Positions 24,831 to 33,998 of a DNA stretch of 33,998 bases are shown in pieces (the first letter of the stretch is position 1; every line of letters begins with the position of its first letter). Origin of the DNA: Candidatus Ryanbacteria bacterium RIFCSPLOWO2_12_FULL_47_9c (GTDB taxonomy: Bacteria; Patescibacteriota; Minisyncoccia; Ryanbacterales; GWA2-47-10b); NCBI GenBank assembly GCA_001821795.1, contig MHOB01000023.1:1-33998 (forward strand), in the 5' to 3' direction. The translations under genes were made by a program, and so were the position numbers. The notes beneath the pieces were generated by a model. The model saw only the letters and a list, made by a program, of their open reading frames with translations. It did not search any database and was not told the origin of the DNA.

Positions 24831-27800
24831 ATGGATACACGAGTAGTAGATTTTAAATCAATTGTTCTCCGGCTTGCCTCCCCGCAAGATATTCTGTCAT
24901 GGTCTCACGGAGAAGTTACTAAACCCGAGACGATCAACTATCGCACCCAACGGCCTGAACGCGATGGCCTTTTTTGCGAGAAAATTTTTGGACCGACAAA
25001 AGATTTCGAGTGTTATTGCGGGAAATACCGGCGCGTCCGTTATAAGGGAATCGTTTGTGATAAGTGTGGCGTTGAAGTTACAAAATCACAGGTTCGCCGT
25101 GACCGGATGGGGCATATTGAACTTGCCGCTCCTGTTTCTCATATCTGGTTTGTGCGTTCGGTGCCCTCACGCTCCGGGCTTTTGCTCGACTTGTCGGTAG
25201 TTGATCTTGAACGCGTGATATATTTTGCGGGTTACATTATCACGTCCATTGACGAGAACGCGCGCGCGGAAGCGCTTCGTGATATTGAGCGTGAATTTAA
25301 GGCAAAATCAAAAACAACAAAAGATAAATCGGCCCTCAAAGAGGGCGCAGACCGCGCAAAAAGCGAGTTAAAGAATCTGAAAAAAGGAGCGGTCCTCTCC
25401 GAAGTTGATTACCATCGGTTCGCACTTAAATACGCAAACGTGTTTCATGCAGGTACGGGCGCGGAGACTCTTCGGAAAATTTGTGAAGAGATCGATCTTA
25501 CGGTTATGTGGAAAGACCTTGAACGCGAGTTGGAACACGCGACTCCGCTTGGCAAAAAAAGAATTCTCGCCCGGCTCCGGACCGTAAGAGCAATGGAGCG
25601 TTCGCATGTTCGGCCGGAATGGATGTTTTTAACTACTATCCCCGTGATTCCTCCTGATCTCCGGCCGATGGTGCCGCTTGATGGGGGCAGGCACGCGAGT
25701 TCGGATGTCAACGATCTTTACCGCCGGGTAATTAACCGAAACAATCGTCTCAAGCGCCTTTATGAATTGAAAGCGCCGGAGGTTATTACTCGAAACGAGA
25801 AGCGGATGTTGCAGGAAGCGGTTGATGCTCTTATTGACAACTCAATCAAAAGAGGCGCGGCGCCCGTTGCGTCTCAAGCGCAGCGCAGGCCACTTCGATC
25901 GCTTGCTGATATGCTCAAGGGAAAGCAAGGGCGGTTTCGGCAGAATTTGCTCGGGAAAAGAGTTGACTATTCAGGCCGGTCGGTTATCGTGGTTGGTCCT
26001 TCGCTCAAACTCCATCAGTGCGGTCTTCCAAAACATATGGCGCTTGAGCTTTTTAAGCCGTTTGTAATCCACAAGATCATTGAGCGCGAACTCGCGCACA
26101 ATATTCGCGGCGCCTCGCGCCTTATTGACGAAGCGACTCCGGAGATTTGGGCTATTCTTGAAGAAGTTATCAAAGGAAAGTATGTTCTTCTGAACCGCGC
26201 GCCAACTCTTCATCGTCTTGGCATTCAGGCGTTTCAGCCGCTTCTGATTGAGGGTAATGCCATTCAGCTCCATCCGCTCGTGTGTCTTGCATTCAATGCG
26301 GATTTTGATGGCGACCAAATGGCCGTGCATGTGCCGTTGACCGATGAAGCCCAAAAAGAAGCCGCTGAAATTATTGCGTCGACAAAAAATATTCTCAAAC
26401 CAGGGTCGGGTGAAGCGATTGTTGTGCCCACACAAGACATGGTGCTCGGGTGCTATTGGCTTACCAATATTGACAACCAGGGAAAAGGAGTAGGAAAAAT
26501 CTTCGCGTCGAAAAACGAAGCAATACTTGCATATGATGTTGGCGATGTCGGTCTTCGCGCACCCGTGAAAGTACTCTCACATATGGGAGAAGGCAAACCG
26601 CAGTATCTCGAAACAACGGTCGGGCGCATTATTTTTAATATTGCGATACCGAATGATTTTGGTTTTATCAATGAACGGTTGGGCAAAAAACAGCTCGCAA
26701 AACTCATTGGTAAACTTCTCCGAAAATATGGCCAAGCCGAGCTTCCTGATATTCTCGATAAGATCAAGGATATCGGTTTTACCTATGTGACAAAATCTGG
26801 TATCAGCTGGGGAATGGATGACCTTCAGGTCCCCGAAAAGAAGGGAGACGTCATCGAACAGGCGCGCAAAGATATTGCGGTCATCGATGATCAGTTTGAG
26901 AATGGACTTCTGACCGAGGACGAGCGATACAAAAAAGTTATTGAGGTGTGGTCGCGTGCCAAACACGAGATCGCACAGCTCATTCCCGGCTCGCTTGATC
27001 CCGATGGACCTGTTTTTACGATGGTGGATGCGTCGGCACGCGGTTCCTGGGACTCCGTTCTCCAGATGGCCGGCATGAAGGGTCTCCTGCGGAACCCGTC
27101 CGGTAGGATCATTGAGTTGCCTGTTCTTTCAAACTATAAAGAAGGGTTTACCGTACTCGAGTATTTTATTTCGACGCATGGCGCTCGAAAGGGTACTGCT
27201 GACACCGCGCTCAAGACTGCGGTTGCTGGTTATCTCACACGGCGCCTCGTTGATGTTGCGCAGGATGTTGTGGTATCGGAGTCAGATTGCGGCACTGACG
27301 AAGGTATTACGATTCGTAAATCTGATTTGCAGGAGTTTAGCGCTTCTCTGGGACAACGGGTATTTGGCCGCACACTTGTCTCTGATGTAAAACACCCCGA
27401 AACAAAGCGCGTTCTTTTTAAGAAAGGACATCTTTTAACTGTTGAAGAAGCTGATTTGATCGAGGAAATCGGTGTCGAGAACATTATTGTTCGATCACCG
27501 ATTGCTTGCAGTACTCTGCGCGGCATATGCCAGACGTGTTATGGGTATGATCTTGGTTCTAATACTCCTGTCAAGCTTGGGGAGGCGGTTGGTATTGTGG
27601 CGGCGCAAGCGATTGGGGAGCCAGGTACACAACTTACCATGAAGACGTTTCATATGGGTGGTGTTGCTGGCGCGTCGGGTGATATTACGCTTGGTCTCCC
27701 CCGCGTTGAGGAAATTTTCGAGGTCCGTACGCCAAAAAACAAAGCGGTGATCGCAACGTTGGCGGGTACCATTGTCGATATTGAAGAAGAAGATAGGGAA

Positions 27801-28400
27801 AGAAAAATTATTATTCTTGGTAAGAATAATAAGAAAGCCGAATGCATTATTCCTTTCGGACGCATGATGATCGTAAAAAAAGGCGATTTGGTGGAGTTGG
27901 GAGACAGTCTCTCTGATGGGCCCGTGGACATCAATGAACTCTACACGCAAGCCGGACATGAGCGGGTACATAACTACGTGCTCAACGAAGTGAGCAAAGT
28001 TTATACTCTCCAAGGTGCGACAATCAATAATAAGCACATTGAAGTGATGATCCGCCAGATGTTTTCTCGCGTACGCATCAGGGAAAACGGCGATACGTTA
28101 TTTGCTATTGGTGAAGTTGTTGAACACGCTGTTTTTGTTGATGAGAATGAACGCGTTGAGAAAAAGGGAGGGGAAAAAGCGCAAGCGAGTGAGCTTCTCA
28201 TGGGAATAACGCGTGTTGCGCTCACAACAGATAGTTTTCTCTCCGCTGCGTCGTTTATGGAAACAGGGCGTGTTCTTATCCGGGCATCGCTTGAGGGACG
28301 CGAAGATAAACTCCTGGGTCTTAAAGAAAATGTTATCATTGGTCATCTTATCCCCGCGGGGACTGGTTTTAACAAAGACAAAGACAGAGAAGAATTCTAA
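24831..28400 (+). CDS. rpoC: DNA-directed RNA polymerase subunit beta'
   Basis: 1189 aa. It has the zinc-binding [23 protein letters not shown], the catalytic [12 protein letters not shown], and the trigger loop and bridge helix blocks. Confidence 0.98.
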   Translation: MDTRVVDFKSIVLRLASPQDILSWSHGEVTKPETINYRTQRPERDGLFCEKIFGPTKDFECYCGKYRRVRYKGIVCDKCGVEVTKSQVRRDRMGHIELAAPVSHIWFVRSVPSRSGLLLDLSVVDLERVIYFAGYIITSIDENARAEALRDIEREFKAKSKTTKDKSALKEGADRAKSELKNLKKGAVLSEVDYHRFALKYANVFHAGTGAETLRKICEEIDLTVMWKDLERELEHATPLGKKRILARLRTVRAMERSHVRPEWMFLTTIPVIPPDLRPMVPLDGGRHASSDVNDLYRRVINRNNRLKRLYELKAPEVITRNEKRMLQEAVDALIDNSIKRGAAPVASQAQRRPLRSLADMLKGKQGRFRQNLLGKRVDYSGRSVIVVGPSLKLHQCGLPKHMALELFKPFVIHKIIERELAHNIRGASRLIDEATPEIWAILEEVIKGKYVLLNRAPTLHRLGIQAFQPLLIEGNAIQLHPLVCLAFNADFDGDQMAVHVPLTDEAQKEAAEIIASTKNILKPGSGEAIVVPTQDMVLGCYWLTNIDNQGKGVGKIFASKNEAILAYDVGDVGLRAPVKVLSHMGEGKPQYLETTVGRIIFNIAIPNDFGFINERLGKKQLAKLIGKLLRKYGQAELPDILDKIKDIGFTYVTKSGISWGMDDLQVPEKKGDVIEQARKDIAVIDDQFENGLLTEDERYKKVIEVWSRAKHEIAQLIPGSLDPDGPVFTMVDASARGSWDSVLQMAGMKGLLRNPSGRIIELPVLSNYKEGFTVLEYFISTHGARKGTADTALKTAVAGYLTRRLVDVAQDVVVSESDCGTDEGITIRKSDLQEFSASLGQRVFGRTLVSDVKHPETKRVLFKKGHLLTVEEADLIEEIGVENIIVRSPIACSTLRGICQTCYGYDLGSNTPVKLGEAVGIVAAQAIGEPGTQLTMKTFHMGGVAGASGDITLGLPRVEEIFEVRTPKNKAVIATLAGTIVDIEEEDRERKIIILGKNNKKAECIIPFGRMMIVKKGDLVELGDSLSDGPVDINELYTQAGHERVHNYVLNEVSKVYTLQGATINNKHIEVMIRQMFSRVRIRENGDTLFAIGEVVEHAVFVDENERVEKKGGEKAQASELLMGITRVALTTDSFLSAASFMETGRVLIRASLEGREDKLLGLKENVIIGHLIPAGTGFNKDKDREEF

Positions 28401-28407
28401 TTGTCCT

Positions 28408-28435
28408 TTGTCATGGGGCGAAATCACCTTATACT
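28408..28435 (+). promoter_or_regulatory. Putative ftsK promoter giving a leaderless mRNA
   Basis: TTGTCA (28408-28413), 16 nt spacer, TATACT (28430-28435), then 6 nt to GTG 28442. Confidence 0.35.
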
Positions 28436-28441
28436 GTATAC

Positions 28442-30508
28442 GTGGCAAGACGGAAATCAAACGTGAAGCAGGGCGGAGAAGAAAAAGGGCTTCGCCAGGA
28501 AACCAAAGATAGTATTGTTGCTGTAGGAGCTCTTGTTCTGGCGGCGCTGTTCGCTTTTGCCGCATATGGGAGCGCCGGGAAAATAGGTGATTTCGCATAC
28601 CGGTTTTTTTCTTTGCTTTTGGGAAAAGGATATTTCTTACTTCCGGTGTCCCTTGTGCTTATTGGCTCTGCGCTTTTATTCTCGGTTAGGCAGAGATTCT
28701 TGAGCTTGCCACTGATTGGCGCCGCTCTCTTTCTTTTATCAAATCTTGCTCTCGCTGATATCATTTTCGGAACGCGCACAGGGGGTCTCGTTGGATCTTA
28801 TGGAGCCGCGCCCGTTGTATATCTTTTTGACTCTTCCGCGAGCATAATAATTTTTTCCGCTCTCTTGTTGGTATCGCTTCTTGTGATTTTTAACGCGTCT
28901 TTGCGATGGAATTTCCCTAGGAAAGAAACCGATGGTGTTATGATTGCAAAAAAGGAAGTGCCAAGCGCCGCGGTGCTTCCCTTAGATGAGGAAGAGATCG
29001 AGGAGATTGTTGAGACGCAGGAAGATCATAAAGAACCCGAGAAACCGCAGATGAAAAACGTTTCTCCAGAAATCATGAAGGAATTGAAAAGGAAAGCGCC
29101 CGACTATATTTTGCCGCCCCTTTCCCTTCTTGACGGGGACCGCGGCAAGCCATCGGCGGGCGATATAAAAGGGAACGGAAACATCGTTCAGAGAACGCTT
29201 GCGGAATTTGGAATTCCGGTCGAGATGGGGGAAGTAAACGTTGGGCCATCAGTTACGCAATATACTCTCAAGCCCGCGCAGGGTATTAAGCTTTCCCGTA
29301 TTGTTGCGCTCCAGAATGACCTCGCGCTTGCTCTTGCTGCACATCCCCTTAGGATTGAGGCGCCGATTCCGGGGAAGTCATTTGTTGGCATTGAAGTTCC
29401 AAATAAATCCATTGCTCTTGTGGGATTGCGGAAACTTCTTGAAGAAGACGAGTATCAAAAAGGCGGTCCCTTGATATTTACGCTTGGTAAAAACGTCGCG
29501 GGCAGGGCAATGTATGCAGACCTTGCGCGCATGCCGCATCTTCTTATTGCGGGATCAACGGGTTCAGGAAAGTCTGTGTCCATTCACTCGATTCTCTTGA
29601 GTTTGTTCTATAAAAATACACCATTGTCTCTTCGGTTGCTGATGATTGATCCTAAGCGGGTGGAACTCGCGCATTATCAAGACATGCCCCATCTTTTAAC
29701 GCCCGTCATTACTGAATCACGCGAAGCAATATCAGCGCTTCGGTGGACCGTGAAAGAAATGGAAGAGCGGTATCGCATTCTACAAAAAGCCCGCGTGCGT
29801 GATGTTGTCTCGTATAATTCTTCGCATCCCAGCGAATTTATGCCCTATATTGTTGTGATTATTGATGAGCTTGCCGATCTCATGTCGGCGTATGGACGAG
29901 ATGTTGAGGCGTCCATTGTCCGCATCGCGCAGATGGCGCGCGCCGTTGGAATTCATCTCATCGTTTCAACCCAACGCCCGTCGGTTGAGGTTATTACCGG
30001 GCTTATCAAAGCAAATATCACGAGCCGGATCGCGTTTCAGGTTGCGAGTCAAATTGATTCGCGCACGATTCTCGATGGCGGGGGAGCCGAAAAGCTTCTG
30101 GGCAACGGGGATATGCTTTTTCTTGCCGGGGACGCGGGAAAGCCAAAACGCATTCAGGGTGCGTTTGTTTCCGAAGCGGAGGTAAAGAAGGTTACTGATT
30201 TTATTTTGAAGCAAGATTCAGAGCCCGTGTATAACGAAGAGATCGTCGCCGCACACGCAAACGGTGCAAATGGCGGGTTCGATGGAGATGATGACGATGA
30301 GTTGTATGATGCTGCGTACACCGTTGTGCGGGAAGCACAGAAAGCGTCAACATCGTTTTTGCAGCGTCGGCTTAAGGTCGGGTACGCGCGTGCCGCGCGC
30401 CTTATGGATATGCTCGAAGAACGGGGAATTGTCGGACCCGGCGAAGGAGCAAAACCCCGCGATGTTCTTATCGGTCGAGAAGAAAAAAATGAGCATTACA
30501 TCTCCTAA
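28442..30508 (+). CDS. ftsK: DNA translocase FtsK/SpoIIIE
   Basis: N-terminal TM helices, an acidic linker, a motor domain with Walker A (IAGSTGSGKS) and Walker B (VVIIDELADL), and a C-terminal gamma winged-helix (STSFLQRRLKVGYARAARLMDMLEERGIV). It has a GTG start. Confidence 0.9.
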   Translation: MARRKSNVKQGGEEKGLRQETKDSIVAVGALVLAALFAFAAYGSAGKIGDFAYRFFSLLLGKGYFLLPVSLVLIGSALLFSVRQRFLSLPLIGAALFLLSNLALADIIFGTRTGGLVGSYGAAPVVYLFDSSASIIIFSALLLVSLLVIFNASLRWNFPRKETDGVMIAKKEVPSAAVLPLDEEEIEEIVETQEDHKEPEKPQMKNVSPEIMKELKRKAPDYILPPLSLLDGDRGKPSAGDIKGNGNIVQRTLAEFGIPVEMGEVNVGPSVTQYTLKPAQGIKLSRIVALQNDLALALAAHPLRIEAPIPGKSFVGIEVPNKSIALVGLRKLLEEDEYQKGGPLIFTLGKNVAGRAMYADLARMPHLLIAGSTGSGKSVSIHSILLSLFYKNTPLSLRLLMIDPKRVELAHYQDMPHLLTPVITESREAISALRWTVKEMEERYRILQKARVRDVVSYNSSHPSEFMPYIVVIIDELADLMSAYGRDVEASIVRIAQMARAVGIHLIVSTQRPSVEVITGLIKANITSRIAFQVASQIDSRTILDGGGAEKLLGNGDMLFLAGDAGKPKRIQGAFVSEAEVKKVTDFILKQDSEPVYNEEIVAAHANGANGGFDGDDDDELYDAAYTVVREAQKASTSFLQRRLKVGYARAARLMDMLEERGIVGPGEGAKPRDVLIGREEKNEHYIS

Positions 30509-30509
30509 T

Positions 30510-30884
30510 ATGGATCTATTGTTGCGTTTGCCGGGTGCGTACCCCCCGCGCCATCGGAGCATATCATTCATGGTTTTTTCATTCCTTGCGATTATTATCT
30601 CGGGGTATATTTTTTTCCAATCGTCATCTATTTTTACCACGCCCGATCTCGCAATCGAGACCCCGCCCGATGGCGCTCTGATACAGGGAAATCGCGTTTT
30701 GGTTCAGGGGATGACCGTACCAAGCGCGAAAGTGACGATAAATGGTTATGAGACATTCAGCGACGAAGCAGGTTTTTTCAATATATCTCTTCCCTTTCAG
30801 AGAGGATTTCATATTATTGATATCCGCGTGGTGAATCGGGTTGGCAACGAAGCACGGGCGGTGCGCCGTATTGTTGTGGAGTAG
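30510..30884 (+). CDS. Small membrane-anchored protein with an Ig-like beta domain (hypothetical)
   Basis: One TM helix (FMVFSFLAIIISGYIFF) followed by about 85 aa of beta-rich sequence (VLVQGMTVPSAKVTINGYETFSDEAGFFNISL...HIIDIRVVNRVGNEA). An alternative start at ATG 30489 overlaps ftsK. Confidence 0.55.
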   Translation: MDLLLRLPGAYPPRHRSISFMVFSFLAIIISGYIFFQSSSIFTTPDLAIETPPDGALIQGNRVLVQGMTVPSAKVTINGYETFSDEAGFFNISLPFQRGFHIIDIRVVNRVGNEARAVRRIVVE

Positions 30885-30908
30885 TTTACGCATTCGTCTC
30901 ACGAGGAC

Positions 30909-30937
30909 TTTTCATTAAATGGGTGCGGGGGTAGAAT
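30909..30937 (+). promoter_or_regulatory. Putative recA promoter giving a leaderless mRNA
   Basis: TTTTCA (30909-30914), 17 nt spacer, TAGAAT (30932-30937), then 6 nt to ATG 30944. Confidence 0.35.
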
Positions 30938-30943
30938 AGGTCC

Positions 30944-31963
30944 ATGCCAAAGAAAGAAAAGAAAATGGATGACGCTGTTACGAGAGGAACGGAGGCGATA
31001 AATCTTGCAATGCAGGCGATTCAGTCAAAGTATGGGGAGGGATCGCTCATGCGTCTTGGCCATATGCCGCGCGTCCCCATTGAGGCGATCTCAACCGGTT
31101 CTTTTTCGCTTGATTGGGCGCTTGGAATTGGAGGCATTCCGCGGGGGCGCGTTGTTGAAATCTTTGGACCGGAGTCGTCAGGGAAAACGACACTTTCGCT
31201 CCATGTCATCCGCGAATGCCAGAAAAAAGGCGGGGTTGCCGCGTTTATTGACGCAGAGCACGCGCTTGACCCCGAATATGCAAAAAAGATTGGAGTGAAT
31301 CTCAACGAGCTCCTCATTTCACAGCCCGATACGGGCGAACAAGCGCTTGAGATCGTAGAGAGTTTGGTGCGATCAGGCGGTATGAGTGTCATTGTGATTG
31401 ATTCGGTAGCTGCGCTTACTCCCCGAGCCGAGATCGAAGGGGATATGGGACAACAGCACATAGGTTTGCAGGCGCGCCTCATGAGCCACGCTCTTCGGAA
31501 ATTAACATCTATTGTGGCGAAAACGAAGACAACGGTTATATTCATAAACCAGATTCGCATGCAGATTGGGGTAATGTTTGGCAATCCGGAGACGACGCCG
31601 GGCGGCAAGGCCTTGAAATTTTACTCATCGGTACGCATTGATGTGCGCCGCCTTGCGCAAATCAAGAAAGGAGAAGAGGTGGTGGGGAGCCGCACGAAGG
31701 CAAAAGTAGTTAAGAACAAAGTTGCGCCGCCTTTTCGAATCGCCGAATTTGATATTATGTACAACGAGGGTATCTCGTACGAGGCGGATCTTATAAATCT
31801 TGGGGCAAAATTGGGTGTAGTGAAAAAAAACGGGGCGTCATACAGTTTCCAAAATATAAAACTTGGCCACGGTTATGACGCCGCGCGAATCTTTTTGAAA
31901 GAAAACAAAAAAGAATGTAAAGAGTTAGAGAAAGCACTGCGTGAGGAATTGGAAAAGGTATAA
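30944..31963 (+). CDS. recA: Recombinase RecA
   Basis: [11 protein letters not shown], Walker [23 protein letters not shown], and the L2 region [22 protein letters not shown]. Confidence 0.97.
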   Translation: MPKKEKKMDDAVTRGTEAINLAMQAIQSKYGEGSLMRLGHMPRVPIEAISTGSFSLDWALGIGGIPRGRVVEIFGPESSGKTTLSLHVIRECQKKGGVAAFIDAEHALDPEYAKKIGVNLNELLISQPDTGEQALEIVESLVRSGGMSVIVIDSVAALTPRAEIEGDMGQQHIGLQARLMSHALRKLTSIVAKTKTTVIFINQIRMQIGVMFGNPETTPGGKALKFYSSVRIDVRRLAQIKKGEEVVGSRTKAKVVKNKVAPPFRIAEFDIMYNEGISYEADLINLGAKLGVVKKNGASYSFQNIKLGHGYDAARIFLKENKKECKELEKALREELEKV

Positions 31964-31972
31964 TGAATTCAA

Positions 31973-31995
31973 ACTTAGACATCGGATGTCTAAGT
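31973..31995 (+). terminator. Perfect 11-bp-arm palindrome after recA (possible terminator hairpin, no T-tract)
   Basis: ACTTAGACATC-G-GATGTCTAAGT, 9 nt after the recA stop. It is followed by GATACTTATAC rather than a U-run. Confidence 0.3.
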
Positions 31996-32077
31996 GATAC
32001 TTATACACACCCGTAAAAGCAATTGACAGCATAAAGTATATAATAAAGGTAGCTATTATTAGCGGTTCACTTTTTAT

Positions 32078-33998
32078 ATGCAAAAAAAATATGTTTTAGA
32101 GTTTGCGGTTGTCTTCTCGCTTCTTTTTATAAGTGGGGCGCAGTTTGCTTCTGCGCACGAGCAGTATCTTGTTACGAAAGACAACGCATGGACGCAGTGT
32201 GATCCAGGACATGCAGTGGATGGGGCTATTGTATCTGCCTATACTACGCTCAATAAAAATATCTCAAGTATTCGTTGCCGCGATGCGGTCGGTCTCAATG
32301 GAGACGTGACAAAAAAAGAAGTCTCGTCGGCAGGTAAAAACGACGACGGGCTTCGTAGCCAATGGGTCACATGCGATCCAGGTCAACTTATTATTGGTGT
32401 ATATAAAAAAGTAATAAATACGCCAGATAAAGATATTTTGGCGATTGCTTGCCAAAATGCTCGCCGCGGCGGCGGAGGCGAGACAGTAATCGGACTTGGA
32501 GACGGTCAAAAAACTCCTTCAAATTCAGACTCGGCATGGAGTTATTGCCCGCAAGGCAAAGCCGCCGCAGGATATTTTCTTGTAAATTATCGAAATGGCG
32601 TAACAGATGTTTCTCCTTCACAAATTCCCAACCCTCCTTCATTGCCGCGAGTAACATTTAACAGCTCCGGGGGCGTTTCGGTCTACAATGCACTTGCGTT
32701 TCTGCCACTGCCCATTCCTCTACTCCCAGATCCAATTTCTTTTTTCTTGTTGTTTAAGATTTTTAATAGTGACAATGAAAACTATAACATGACCGAGCGG
32801 CGGCTTGTGTGCGTTGACAAACCGCCGGAGGTTGCGCGCGTCGTAGGGCTCGCGCTTTTGGACAATCGCTGGGCGGGGCTAAGGTGGACCGATGCTGAAA
32901 TAGAATTAAGTACGGGAGCAAAACAACGCGTTGATGCAACAAGTGCCAAGTTCGAGTTTCAAAATTTGAACGCCGGTTCTTACACGGTAAAAGCTTCTGG
33001 CGCACTAGAGAGCAGTGCCTGCTTTATTCCGGAAGGATATCCCGTTTCGTTCGATCCAAACTGCCACGCTTCTTCTACGTGGGTTACCGGTGACACCGCT
33101 TCATTATCAAATATTCCTCTCGGGTACTATGCGGATGTCTGGTTTAATTTTAAGAAACCGTCGCTAGCTCATCCGGTTCTTGGGCCCAGCGCGCAATCAG
33201 TTGCGCAGGGGCAAAACCTCACTTTCGCTATTACTGGCGCCGCCGCGAGAAAAGCTATTACACTTGCGTGGACTGACGCGGATGGAAATTATAAGTCCGA
33301 TCGCGTGAGCGGTTTTGGAGATACCAATGACAGTGGCGGTGGGACATTCACATTCCCTACCGATACTGGCTGGAGGCCGAGCGATCGCTATAAATTGATT
33401 GCCGGAGTAAACGGGGTTTCATCAAATGAGGTTGGGTTCACTATAACTGAAGCAGGCGGAGGCAACGTTTCTAAAACATTTTCCAGTGGAGATTCAGTCC
33501 AAATAACAGATAACGGCGTTAATGTCAGAGATAATCCAGCCGGTAATTATAAAGGTGGGGTAAATAAAAATGACAAAGGAACTATTGTTGGTACGTCAGT
33601 GAGAAAGTTGCTCAATGGTGTAACGTATGACTGGTGGAATGTAACTTTTTCAAATATAAGTGGCTGGGTTGCAGAGAATTTTCTAAAGAAAGCGACTACT
33701 CCGTCGGATAGAGATGGCAACGGAGGCGGTGGAGGTGGTGGCGGCACGGGCGGAGTTCAACAAATGCAAACCTGGCAGGGATTCTCTGTCGGAGACAGGT
33801 TCGCAGTTCCCTACGATTTAGGCGGATTTCATGGATTGGCAGTTTCGGTATATGGATGCCCAACGTATGGGCTCGGCGATGTTCCGCTAACTGATGGTCC
33901 TTGCCCCCCTATCGGTAATCAAGACTCCACTTCCTTATATATACCCCAAGGAAAGATTCTCGAAATGCAATATGACACAACCGGCCCCGTTGGCGTTG
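32078..33998 (+). CDS. Secreted multidomain protein, 3'-truncated by the window end (at least 640 aa): signal peptide, Cys-containing three-fold repeat, Ig-like domains, SH3b-like domain, Gly-rich linker
   Basis: It is not in the ORF track. I translated frame 2 by hand from ATG 32078 to 33998, checking every line, and found no stop. The N-terminus MQKKYVLEFAVVFSLLFISGAQFASA|HE is a Sec signal with an AxA site. SGDSVQITDNGVNVRDNPAGNYKGGVNKNDKGTIVGTSV...WWNVTFSNISGWVAENFL is bacterial SH3-like. No competing long ORFs exist in other frames. Confidence 0.8.
   Translation, partial: MQKKYVLEFAVVFSLLFISGAQFASAHEQYLVTKDNAWTQCDPGHAVDGAIVSAYTTLNKNISSIRCRDAVGLNGDVTKKEVSSAGKNDDGLRSQWVTCDPGQLIIGVYKKVINTPDKDILAIACQNARRGGGGETVIGLGDGQKTPSNSDSAWSYCPQGKAAAGYFLVNYRNGVTDVSPSQIPNPPSLPRVTFNSSGGVSVYNALAFLPLPIPLLPDPISFFLLFKIFNSDNENYNMTERRLVCVDKPPEVARVVGLALLDNRWAGLRWTDAEIELSTGAKQRVDATSAKFEFQNLNAGSYTVKASGALESSACFIPEGYPVSFDPNCHASSTWVTGDTASLSNIPLGYYADVWFNFKKPSLAHPVLGPSAQSVAQGQNLTFAITGAAARKAITLAWTDADGNYKSDRVSGFGDTNDSGGGTFTFPTDTGWRPSDRYKLIAGVNGVSSNEVGFTITEAGGGNVSKTFSSGDSVQITDNGVNVRDNPAGNYKGGVNKNDKGTIVGTSVRKLLNGVTYDWWNVTFSNISGWVAENFLKKATTPSDRDGNGGGGGGGGTGGVQQMQTWQGFSVGDRFAVPYDLGGFHGLAVSVYGCPTYGLGDVPLTDGPCPPIGNQDSTSLYIPQGKILEMQYDTTGPVGV

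Noticed and set aside
32023-32044. TTGACA … TATAAT pair upstream of the secreted-protein gene, and a dif-like look to GCATAA-AGTATA-TAATAAAGG
   Set aside because: The promoter hexamers are only 10 nt apart, too short for sigma70 spacing. As a dif site, only the XerC-like half (GCATAA plus 5/6 of the central region) matches. The normally better-conserved XerD arm (TTATGTTAAAT) does not match.
33547-33747. Minus-strand 66-aa ORF starting MPPPPPPPPLPS
   Set aside because: It is the mirror image of the GGN-rich Gly linker in the long + strand secreted-protein ORF and has no independent support.

Overview
Densely packed bacterial chromosomal segment, mostly + strand, read with the standard code (TGA is used as a stop). 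G+C is roughly 45-50% by eye. Several traits suggest a reduced-genome uncultivated lineage such as CPR/Patescibacteria, but this is inference only. These traits are a type IV pilin cluster without PilNOPQ, a shortened PheT, secE-nusG-rplK not followed by rplA/rplJ/rplL, and many starts without a Shine-Dalgarno (SD) sequence.

Gene order:
(1) pilC (5'-truncated), four minor pilins including a 728-aa repeat-bearing giant, pilM, and a probable major pilin with a strong terminator.
(2) A GC-rich patch with pyrH convergent on a plant-type cyclic-phosphodiesterase-like 2H enzyme, then tRNA-Asp(GTC) and tRNA-Met(CAT) on the minus strand.
(3) pheS, pheT, gyrB.
(4) A low-GC insert carrying an orphan membrane protein and an IS200/RAYT-type Y1 transposase bracketed by near-identical hairpins.
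(5) secE, nusG, rplK.
(6) tmk, a long-form dCTP-deaminase-like gene, and a three-domain thymidylate-synthase-like gene.
(7) secD, secF.
(8) rpoB, rpoC.
(9) ftsK, a small membrane Ig-like protein, recA.
(10) An ORF of at least 640 aa for a secreted protein that runs off the 3' end. It is missing from the supplied ORF track; I translated it by hand and found no stop.

No rRNA genes, CRISPR arrays or recognisable defence systems were seen.

Most interesting items: the giant repeat pilin (candidate tip adhesin), the hairpin-flanked Y1 transposase unit, the MtrA-like/TS/DUF4346-like fusion inside a compact pyrimidine module, a recurrent leaderless-type promoter/start geometry, and the untracked secreted protein. 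All family assignments rest on motif recognition by eye, and no database search was run.
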